Below are positions 54,647 through 61,936 of a stretch of DNA of 62,439 nt, one piece after another (position 1 is the first letter of the stretch; every line of letters starts with the position of its first letter). Source of the DNA: Actinomycetes bacterium (GTDB taxonomy: Bacteria > Actinomycetota > Acidimicrobiia > Acidimicrobiales > Microtrichaceae); assembly GCA_023437745.1 (NCBI GenBank), contig JAEZFI010000045.1, positions 1-62,439 on the forward strand. Reading direction: 5' to 3'. The notes beneath the pieces were generated by a model. It was not told the origin of the DNA. It was given only the letters and a program-made list of their open reading frames with translations, and ran no database searches. A program made the position numbers and the translations under genes.

Positions 54647-56154
54647 CGCCCGGGCCCCGGAGTCAGGAGCGCCAGTTCGGTCGCTGCGGCGAGTCGGTCC
54701 ACGACCGTCGGCGCAGCCAGCACCTCCGCCGGCCTGGTCGCTGCGGTCGGCACCATGATCGCCGTGGCGCCTGCTGCGAGGGCGGCCTCGACGTCGGCGC
54801 CGATGTCGCCGATGACGACGCACCGGCGCGGATCGACGCCCATCGAGGCCGCCGCGTCGATGACGAGGCCGGGGTGGGGCTTGCGGCGGGTGCAGCCGTC
54901 ACCGTCGACGTGGCCGCACCACTCCCACACGTCGAAGGGGCCGAGGACCTCCTCGACCCGCGAGTTCACTGCGCGCACGTCGTCGGGGGAGAGCAGGCCA
55001 CGTCCGATGCCGCTCTGGTTCGACACCACACCGACGGCCACACCGGCGCAGCGCGCGTTGCGCAGCGCGGCGGATCCGTCGGGAACCGGGTCCACCCTCT
55101 CCGGGTCGCCGTTGTAGGGCACGTCGACGATGAGCGTGCCGTCGCGGTCGAAGAGGAGGCCGTCGACGCGAGGGGCGCGTGACCAGCCGCGCCACAGACC
55201 CTGCAGCCACCACCCGACCGCGGCAGGAGGGATCGCCAGGGAGGTGGCGAACAGCGCGGCGAGCTCACCGGGACGCCTGCTCGCACCCCACCAGCGCCGG
55301 GCGGTGAGCTCCGCGGTGGCGGTGCCCCACACGAGCGCAGCGACACGCCCTCGCCTCGAACGACGGCCGCTGACCGCCAGCAGCGCGACGGCCACCGTCG
55401 CCGCGTGGATCGGCCGTCGACCACGCGGCACGTCGCCGAGGCGCCGCCAGCCCCACCCGTGCCGGAGGAGGAGGCGGGCGTCGTCGGCGTTCCCCCGCTG
55501 GCGTCGGACGCTCTCCCACCAGGGCGCCTCTGCAACGGGGTGAGTGGAACGCCGAGCGCCCCGCACCAACGTCCAACCGGCACGGCGGAGGCGGATCGCC
55601 AGGTCGGTGTCCTCGCGGAACGCGTGGGGGAACGTCGGGTCGAAACCGCCGATCGAACGGAGCGCGTCGACCTTGACGGCCATGTCGGCGGTGATCCACG
55701 CCGCCTGCTCGAGGGCCCTCACGCTGTTCTGCCAATCGGTCGAGCGGCCGGCCACCGGGACCTGCACCCGACCCTGGACGGCACCGACCTCCGGGCGGCC
55801 GGCGACGGCGACGAGGTCGGCCGCCAGGGTGGACGACCACTCGGGTCCGACCCGGACGTCGTCGTCCACGAAGACGATCCACGAGGCCTCGGTGCCGCTC
55901 CAACCGACGTTCCGGGCGAAGGCCGGCCCCCGCCCACCCGAGCGCCGCACCACCACTCCGGCCCCGAGGTCGAGTGGTGCGCTCGGCGCCGGGCGGTCGT
56001 CCACCACCACGATGCGGGTGGTGGGCGGGACCTGCGCACGCAGGGCGGCGACCAGCGTCGCGAGCGAGCTCCGTCCGACCGTCGGCACCACGACGTCGTA
56101 CGTGACCGGTGACCCTGGGGTCGGGAGACGGGAGGTGGAAGCGGCTCTGCGCAT
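54643..56154 (-). CDS. GT2 glycosyltransferase - membrane linker - D,D-heptose 1,7-bisphosphate phosphatase (GmhB) fusion
   Basis: GT2 block: YDVVVPTVGR...VVVDDRP...FVDDDV. Hydrophobic segments follow, then the HAD-IIIA block: LLFDRDGTL...VSNQSG...CGHVDGDGCTRRKP...VIGD. The start is ATG 56154 (10 nt after a GGGTAG box) or ATG 56172. Confidence 0.8.
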   Translation of the reverse strand: MRRAASTSRLPTPGSPVTYDVVVPTVGRSSLATLVAALRAQVPPTTRIVVVDDRPAPSAPLDLGAGVVVRRSGGRGPAFARNVGWSGTEASWIVFVDDDVRVGPEWSSTLAADLVAVAGRPEVGAVQGRVQVPVAGRSTDWQNSVRALEQAAWITADMAVKVDALRSIGGFDPTFPHAFREDTDLAIRLRRAGWTLVRGARRSTHPVAEAPWWESVRRQRGNADDARLLLRHGWGWRRLGDVPRGRRPIHAATVAVALLAVSGRRSRRGRVAALVWGTATAELTARRWWGASRRPGELAALFATSLAIPPAAVGWWLQGLWRGWSRAPRVDGLLFDRDGTLIVDVPYNGDPERVDPVPDGSAALRNARCAGVAVGVVSNQSGIGRGLLSPDDVRAVNSRVEEVLGPFDVWEWCGHVDGDGCTRRKPHPGLVIDAAASMGVDPRRCVVIGDIGADVEAALAAGATAIMVPTAATRPAEVLAAPTVVDRLAAATELALLTPGPGR

Positions 56155-56164
56155 CCACTTCGGC

Positions 56165-56190
56165 CTACCCATCGACCTCGCGGTCAGAAC
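56165..56190 (-). promoter_or_regulatory. GTTC-N16-GGGTAG motif, 10 nt before ATG 56154 of the GT2-gmhB operon
   Basis: On the plus strand, ctaccc is at 56165-56170 and gaac at 56187-56190. Confidence 0.5.
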
Positions 56191-56217
56191 AGTCCTCGTG
56201 ACGAATTCTCTGCCGTG

Positions 56218-56242
56218 GTTCGCGACGCTCGGGGGCGGGTAG
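56218..56242 (+). promoter_or_regulatory. GTTC-N15-GGGTAG motif upstream of the GT9 pair
   Basis: GTTC 56218-56221, GGGTAG 56237-56242, GTG 56282. Confidence 0.5.
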
Positions 56243-56281
56243 TGGGCGGACAGGAGGTGCGGGAGACGACTCCCGACACAC

Positions 56282-57331
56282 GTGGAACGACCACCTGATC
56301 GATCGACCAGCCAGGGGTCGCGCACGGTCCTCATCGTGCGCGCCGACAACCTCGGGGACGTGCTGCTGGCCGGGCCGGCGGTGCGCGCGGTCGCCTCCAG
56401 CGGTGCACGTGTGGTGATGGCCGTGTCGCCTCGCGGGCGGCCTGCGGCCGAGCGGCTGCCGGGGATCGGGCACGTCGTCGAGGTGGAGCTGCCGTGGATC
56501 AGCGCCGACCCCGTGCCGTACGACGAAGCGCAGCACGAGCGACTGGTCGAGTCGCTGCGGGCGGTGCGCGCGGACGAGGCGCTGGTGCTCACCTCGTACC
56601 ACCAGTCGGCGCTACCGACCGCCCTGCTCCTGCGCCTGGCCGGGGTCCCGTGGATCACCGCGATCTCCGAGGACTACCCCGGGTCCCTCCTCGACGTCCG
56701 GGTCCCGCCCCCGCCACCGATGCACGAGGTCGAGCGCATGCTCGCCGTGGCGGCCGCCGCGGGCTACGTGCTGGAGGAGGGCGACGACCGGTCGCTGCAC
56801 ATCGCCGGCGCCCCCACGCCCGGCGACTGGTCCGAAGTGGGTCCCTACGTGGTGGTGCACCCCGGCTGCAGCGTCCCGGCGCGCACCCTCGATCCGGACC
56901 GGTGGGCGGCGATCGTGGCGGAGCTCGGCCGCCGCACCGCCGTGGTGGTCACGGGCTCGGTCGCCGAGCGCCGGCTGGTCGATCGTGTCCTCGCCCACCA
57001 GCCGGACGGGGTGCGTGCGGCGATCACCTCGAGGTTCGACGACCTGGCGTGCGTCCTCGCCGGCGCCTCGGCGGTGGTCGTCGGCAACACGGGTCCGGCC
57101 CACCTCGCTGCGGCGCTGGGCGTACCCGTGGTCTCGATCTTCGCGCCGACGGTGGATCCCGACGCATGGCGCCCGTGGGGCGTTCCCCATCGGCTGCTCG
57201 GCCGACTCGACATCGCGTGCGCCGGGTGTCGGAGCCGGGTCTGTCCCCTCGACGAGCAGGCGTGCCTCGCCGCAGTGCGGCCGGGGGACGTGGTGGCCGC
57301 CGTCGCCGAGCTGGCCGGCGTTCTCCGATGA
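56282..57331 (+). CDS. GT9-family glycosyltransferase (heptosyltransferase-like)
   Basis: 349 aa with GTG start. VLIVRADNLGDVLLAGPA...VGNTGPAHLAAALGVPVVSIF are GT9 hallmarks. Confidence 0.8.
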   Translation: MERPPDRSTSQGSRTVLIVRADNLGDVLLAGPAVRAVASSGARVVMAVSPRGRPAAERLPGIGHVVEVELPWISADPVPYDEAQHERLVESLRAVRADEALVLTSYHQSALPTALLLRLAGVPWITAISEDYPGSLLDVRVPPPPPMHEVERMLAVAAAAGYVLEEGDDRSLHIAGAPTPGDWSEVGPYVVVHPGCSVPARTLDPDRWAAIVAELGRRTAVVVTGSVAERRLVDRVLAHQPDGVRAAITSRFDDLACVLAGASAVVVGNTGPAHLAAALGVPVVSIFAPTVDPDAWRPWGVPHRLLGRLDIACAGCRSRVCPLDEQACLAAVRPGDVVAAVAELAGVLR

Positions 57332-58413
57332 CCCGCTACGTGGCGCTGAGGGCGAGCGGGCTCGGCGACCTGCTCTGCGTGGTGCCGGCGTTGTCCGCGT
57401 TGCGCTCCGCAGGCCGCACCGAGCTGTGGACGTCGCCGTGGCTGGTGCCGTTCGCCCGCGCCCACGGGCTGGGTCACGAGGTGCGCCCAGTGGCTTCGAT
57501 CGCCGACGTGCCGCCTGCCTCGCTCGAGGGTGCCATCGCGGTGAACCTCCACGGCAGCGGACCCGAATCGCACCGCTTCCTCCTCACCGCGGGCCCGCGG
57601 GTGCTGTGGGGCCACCGGCACGGCGACGTCCCGGAGTCGTCGGACGGGCCGACGTGGCGCGAGGGCGAGCACGAGGTCGATCGGTGGCGCCGACTGCTCG
57701 GGCACTACGGCGTCGACGCCCACCGCACCTCGCTCCGACTGACGCCTCCCGTGACGCCGGTGCCTGGCGCGCCCGTCCTGCTCCACGTCGGCGCCGGGGC
57801 GCCGGGGAGACGCTGGCCAGCGGACCGCTGGTCGCGCATCGCGGCGCGCCTCCGGCGTGACGGGATGCCCGTGCGACTCTCGGGCGGTCCCGGGGAGGAC
57901 CGTCGGCTCCGGTGGATCGCCCAGTCGTCCCGGGTGGGAGAGCGAGCGATCGTGCCGACGAACCTCGACCTGCTGTCGTTCTCCGCCGTGGTGGCCGGCG
58001 CCGCCGCCGTCGTCGTGGGGGACACCGGGGTCGCCCACCTGGCCACTGCGTTCGACCGGCCGAGCGTGGTGCTGTTCGGTCCCGTGCCGCCCGCGGAATG
58101 GGGGCCGCCACCCGGTCCTCGTCACATCGCGCTCTGGGCGGGGCGCCGCGGTGACCCGCACGGTCGCGACCTGGACCCCGGGCTGGCGGAGCTGGGCGTC
58201 CACGAGGTCTGGCGTGCGTTGCGCCGGATCCTCGACGGGGCGGCAGCAGAGCCGACTCCCGGTCGGTGGGCCGACGAACCGACCGCGAGTGCCCGTCAGG
58301 CGGGTCGGCCCCGCTCGTCCATCTTCGGATCGGCGGGCGAGGTGCTCGACTGCGGCTCGCCGTCGGCCGAGAGCGTCGAGCCGTCCAGTTCGGGCAGCCG
58401 GCCGCCCCAGTAG
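57328..58413 (+). CDS. GT9-family glycosyltransferase (heptosyltransferase-like), second copy
   Basis: ATG 57328 has an ATGA overlap upstream. ALRASGLGDLLCVVPA...VGDTGVAHLATAFDRPSVVLFG. Its low-complexity tail overlaps the convergent gene. Confidence 0.75.
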   Translation: MTRYVALRASGLGDLLCVVPALSALRSAGRTELWTSPWLVPFARAHGLGHEVRPVASIADVPPASLEGAIAVNLHGSGPESHRFLLTAGPRVLWGHRHGDVPESSDGPTWREGEHEVDRWRRLLGHYGVDAHRTSLRLTPPVTPVPGAPVLLHVGAGAPGRRWPADRWSRIAARLRRDGMPVRLSGGPGEDRRLRWIAQSSRVGERAIVPTNLDLLSFSAVVAGAAAVVVGDTGVAHLATAFDRPSVVLFGPVPPAEWGPPPGPRHIALWAGRRGDPHGRDLDPGLAELGVHEVWRALRRILDGAAAEPTPGRWADEPTASARQAGRPRSSIFGSAGEVLDCGSPSAESVEPSSSGSRPPQ

Positions 58414-58730
58414 ACGAGGCCCACGGTGCCGCCGGCGATCGCCCCGATGATCGCGCACGTGAGGATGCGCAGGCCCAGCGCGACGTCCGCGTCACCCCAG
58501 CCGATGAGGCCGAACGGACTCAGGAGCAGCGCGCCGATGACGCCACCGACGAGCGCCCCGGCGAGGCCGCCCTTGGTCTGTCCGCCGACGTGGGTGGCCT
58601 CGTGGTGGTGGCGCTCCATGCGGTCGGCCACGGAGTGGCCGCGTTCGGGGACCGGATCCCGGTCGTCGGGCTGGGCGAGGTCGTCGATCGCCCGCTCGAC
58701 CTGCCGAACCTGTCGTTGTCTCGTGGTCAT
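58296..58730 (-). CDS. Glycine-zipper membrane protein (stress-protein-like)
   Basis: 144 aa. GGLAGALVGGVIGALLL and IIGAIAGGTVG segments. The ATG lies exactly 9 nt after a GGGTAG box. Confidence 0.6.
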   Translation of the reverse strand: MTTRQRQVRQVERAIDDLAQPDDRDPVPERGHSVADRMERHHHEATHVGGQTKGGLAGALVGGVIGALLLSPFGLIGWGDADVALGLRILTCAIIGAIAGGTVGLVYWGGRLPELDGSTLSADGEPQSSTSPADPKMDERGRPA

Positions 58731-58739
58731 GGGAGGCCC

Positions 58740-58764
58740 CTACCCGCCGGGCCGCCGAGCCAAC
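58740..58764 (-). promoter_or_regulatory. GTTG-N15-GGGTAG motif, 9 nt before the glycine-zipper protein ATG
   Basis: On the plus strand, ctaccc is at 58740-58745 and caac at 58761-58764. ATG is at 58730. Confidence 0.5.
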
Positions 58765-58843
58765 CCGCATGGCCCAGGAACCCCGAGCGACAGGAGGAAC
58801 GGTGAGGAGAGAGGTGAGGAGAGAGAAGAAATGCCTCGACCGC

Positions 58844-58869
58844 GCATCGTCGACGTGGCGAACGGGTAC
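58844..58869 (+). promoter_or_regulatory. GCAT-N16-GGGTAC motif, 10 nt before GTG 58880 of the Mo oxidoreductase
   Basis: GGGTAC 58864-58869. The -35 fits only the loose GNNT form. Confidence 0.35.
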
Positions 58870-58879
58870 GGCCGCGCGC

Positions 58880-61348
58880 GTGACACGGGTGGACCGCATC
58901 CAGGAGCCGTGGGGAACCCGGACCCCCTACGGACCGGGCGAGACGTGGCCGGTGCGGGTGGACACCTACCTGCAGCCGGGCGTCGACGAGGCGTCGGTGG
59001 ACCGCTGGGTGCAATCGGCATCGATCCTGCACTCCAACGGGGACGCGCTCGACATCGCCGTGCAGGACGGCAGGATCGTCGGCGTCCGGGGGCGGGCCGC
59101 CGACCGGGTCAACCACGGCCGGCTCGGTCCGAAGGACCTCTTCGGATGGCAGGCCAACCACTCGCCCGACCGGCTCACCTCGCCGCTGATCCGCCGCGGC
59201 GGGCGGCTGGTCGAGTGCAGCTGGGACGAGGCGATGGACGCCGTGGTGGGGCGGGTGCGTGACCTGCTCGACGAGCAGGGCCCCAGCGCTGTCGGCTTCT
59301 ACACCTCCGGGCAGCTGTTCCTCGAGGAGTACTACACGCTCGGACTGATCGCCCACGGCGGGATCGGCACGAACCACGTCGACGGCAACACGCGTCTGTG
59401 CACCGCAACGGCGAGCGAGGCGCTCAAGGAGTCGTTCGGGTGCGACGGTCAGCCCGGCTCGTACAGCGACGTCGACCATGCGGACGTCATCGCGCTCTAC
59501 GGGCACAACGTCGCCGAGACCCAGACGGTCCTCTGGGCCAGGATGCTCGATCGGCTCGCCGGGGTGGACGCGCCGCGAGTCCTGTGCGTCGATCCGCGGC
59601 GCACGCCGGTGGCCGAGGCAGCGACGGTCCACCTGGCGCCGCGCCTCGGGACGAACCTCGCGCTGATGAACGGCCTCCTGCACGAGCTCATCGCGAACGG
59701 GTGGGTCGACGAGTCCTACCTCGAGGCGAACGCCGTGGGGTACGACGAGCTGGTCGAACGGGTGGCGCCCTACACCCCGGAGGAGGTCGCGACGATCTGC
59801 GACGTCCCGGCGCGTGACCTGCGCGCCGCCGCCGAGCTCCTCGGCACGGCCGAGCGGCTCCTCTCGACCGTGCTCCAGGGCTTCTACCAGTCGAACCAGG
59901 CGACGGCCGCGGCCGTCCAGGTGAACAACGTGCACATCCTCCGTGGCATGCTCGGCCGCCCCGGTGCGGGGGTCCTGCAGATGAACGGCCAGCCGACTGC
60001 GGAGAACACCCGCGAGTGCGGCGCCGACGGGGACCTGGCGGCGTTCCGGAACTGGGCCAACGACGATCACCTCGCCGACCTCGGTCGTGTCTGGAACATC
60101 GACCCGGCCACGATCCCGCACTACACCGCACCGACCCACCTGATGCAGATGATGCGGTACGCCGAGCAGGGCTCGATCCGCTTCCTCTGGGTGAACGGCA
60201 CGAACCCTGCGGTCTCCCTCCCGGAGCTGGCCCGGGTGCGACGCATCCTCGCCGACGACGGCCTGTTCCTGGTCGTGCAGGACCTGTTCCTCACCGAGAC
60301 GGCGCAGCTCGCCGACGTCGTGCTGCCCGCGGCCACGTGGGGCGAGAAGACGGGCACCTTCACCAACACCGACCGGACGGTGCACCTCTCGGAGAAGGCG
60401 GTGGAACCGCCGGGGGAGGCCCGGCCGGACCTCGACATCTTCATCGACTTCGCCCACCGCCTCGGCTTGGAGGACAAGGACGGCGCGCCGCTGGTGAAGT
60501 GGTCCGACGCCGAGGGCGCGTTCGAGGGGTGGAAGGAGTGCTCCGCGGGGCGACCCTGCGACTACACGGGCATCACGTACGACCGGCTGCGCGGTGGGAG
60601 CGGCATCCAGTGGCCGTGCAACGACGAGCACCCCGACGGCTGCGAACGCCTCTACGGCGACGGCATCTCGTGGGCGCACCCGGACGTCTGCGAGACCTAC
60701 GGGCGCGACCTGGTCACGGGTGCTCCGGTCGAGCCCGTCGAGTACAAGGCGCTGAACCCCACGGGCAAGGCCGTGATCAAGGCCGCCGACTACGTGCCGC
60801 CCCACGAGATCCCCGACGAGGAGCACCCGATGCAGCTCACGACGGGGCGCACGCTCTTCCAGTTCCACACCCGCACGAAGACCGGCCGGGCGCCCCAGCT
60901 CCAGGCCGCGGCGCCGGAGGTGTGGGTCGAGGTGTCGGCCGGCGATGCGGATCAGCACGGCATCGCCGAGGGCGACCTCGTCGCCGTCACGACACCCCGT
61001 GGTCGGATCGAGGCGAAGGCGCGCATCGCTGGGATACGACCCGGCGTGCTGTTCGTGCCGTTCCACTACGGCTACTGGGACACCGCGGCGGGACACGAGC
61101 CGGGCGACGCCCCCAGTCGGGCCGCCAACGAGCTGACGATCACCGACTGGGACGCCGCCTCACGGCAACCGCTCTACAAGACGGCGGCAGCCCGTCTCGA
61201 CCGGCTCGCAGGCTCGGACGGGCAGCCGGCACCGGCGCCGACGAACACCGCGTCCAAGCCCGTGGACGCGACGGTCACGCCGACGTCCGGCGGCCCCGAC
61301 GCGCTCGCCAGCGAGAGCATCGACTCGAACGGGGAGGTCCCGAGATGA
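58880..61348 (+). CDS. Molybdopterin (bis-PGD) oxidoreductase, nitrate-reductase-like, without the N-terminal 4Fe-4S Cys motif
   Basis: Molybdopterin-family blocks are present, including DGNTRLCTATAS (a putative Cys Mo ligand), and a C-terminal Molydop_binding-like part. No CxxCxxxC lies near the N-terminus. GTG 58880 was chosen because it is 10 nt after GGGTAC; the track ORF starts at 58769. Confidence 0.8.
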   Translation: MTRVDRIQEPWGTRTPYGPGETWPVRVDTYLQPGVDEASVDRWVQSASILHSNGDALDIAVQDGRIVGVRGRAADRVNHGRLGPKDLFGWQANHSPDRLTSPLIRRGGRLVECSWDEAMDAVVGRVRDLLDEQGPSAVGFYTSGQLFLEEYYTLGLIAHGGIGTNHVDGNTRLCTATASEALKESFGCDGQPGSYSDVDHADVIALYGHNVAETQTVLWARMLDRLAGVDAPRVLCVDPRRTPVAEAATVHLAPRLGTNLALMNGLLHELIANGWVDESYLEANAVGYDELVERVAPYTPEEVATICDVPARDLRAAAELLGTAERLLSTVLQGFYQSNQATAAAVQVNNVHILRGMLGRPGAGVLQMNGQPTAENTRECGADGDLAAFRNWANDDHLADLGRVWNIDPATIPHYTAPTHLMQMMRYAEQGSIRFLWVNGTNPAVSLPELARVRRILADDGLFLVVQDLFLTETAQLADVVLPAATWGEKTGTFTNTDRTVHLSEKAVEPPGEARPDLDIFIDFAHRLGLEDKDGAPLVKWSDAEGAFEGWKECSAGRPCDYTGITYDRLRGGSGIQWPCNDEHPDGCERLYGDGISWAHPDVCETYGRDLVTGAPVEPVEYKALNPTGKAVIKAADYVPPHEIPDEEHPMQLTTGRTLFQFHTRTKTGRAPQLQAAAPEVWVEVSAGDADQHGIAEGDLVAVTTPRGRIEAKARIAGIRPGVLFVPFHYGYWDTAAGHEPGDAPSRAANELTITDWDAASRQPLYKTAAARLDRLAGSDGQPAPAPTNTASKPVDATVTPTSGGPDALASESIDSNGEVPR

Positions 61349-61824
61349 TCGCCCTGGCCATCGAGGAGCTCCACCGGTCCGAGAACGACCTCGCGGTCGA
61401 GCTCCTCCAGGTGGCTGCCCGCCACGAGACGGAGCACGGCGTGTTCCACCTCGCCTGCGACCTGGCCGCATGGTCCCAGCGACACGTGTCCGAGCTGGCG
61501 GAGGCCGGGCGCGACTTCGGGCTCGACCTCGACCCCGAGCCGAAGGCTCCGAGCGGGATCGCCACCGCCGTCCGCGAGAAGGGAGCCGAGCTGCTGGGGC
61601 GGCGCCCGGAGCCGGCGCTGCTCCTCCTCGCCGACCTGCGGCGGGTGCACCGCATGGCAGCCGGAACGTCCCTCGACTGGGAGGTGCTGGCCCAGACCGC
61701 CCAGGCCATCCAGGCGAAGGAGCTGCTGGCGCTGACGAAGCGCTGCCACCCCGAGACCCTTCGCCAGCTCCGCTGGTCCAACGCAACGGTCAAGGAGCTG
61801 GCGGCGCAGGCCCTGACCAGCTGA
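61345..61824 (+). CDS. Helical protein of unknown function, translationally coupled to the Mo enzyme
   Basis: 159 aa with an ATGA overlap on the upstream stop. It is the C-terminal part of track ORF 60016..61824, with several His/Glu in predicted helices. Confidence 0.55.
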   Translation: MIALAIEELHRSENDLAVELLQVAARHETEHGVFHLACDLAAWSQRHVSELAEAGRDFGLDLDPEPKAPSGIATAVREKGAELLGRRPEPALLLLADLRRVHRMAAGTSLDWEVLAQTAQAIQAKELLALTKRCHPETLRQLRWSNATVKELAAQALTS

Positions 61825-61874
61825 CTGGACCAGCTGCCCTGCCGCCAGGTGGACCCGCCCGGCAGCGCGATGCC

Positions 61875-61886
61875 GGGGGGGGGGGG
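61875..61886 (+). repeat. G12 homopolymer tract
   Basis: Counted directly: 12 consecutive G, immediately after ATG 61870. Confidence 0.95.
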
Positions 61887-61936
61887 CGGCCGGGGCCGCG
61901 GGCGCCGACAAGGGCCTGCTCGCCAAGCTCAAGCAC

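Noticed and set aside
58831-59262. ATG 58831 with a strong RBS taken as the start of a real protein (frame of track ORF 58426..59262).
   Set aside because: After about 20 codons the translation becomes Arg/Gly-rich and overlaps the clearly homologous Mo-enzyme frame. It is kept only as a possible short uORF or regulatory oddity.
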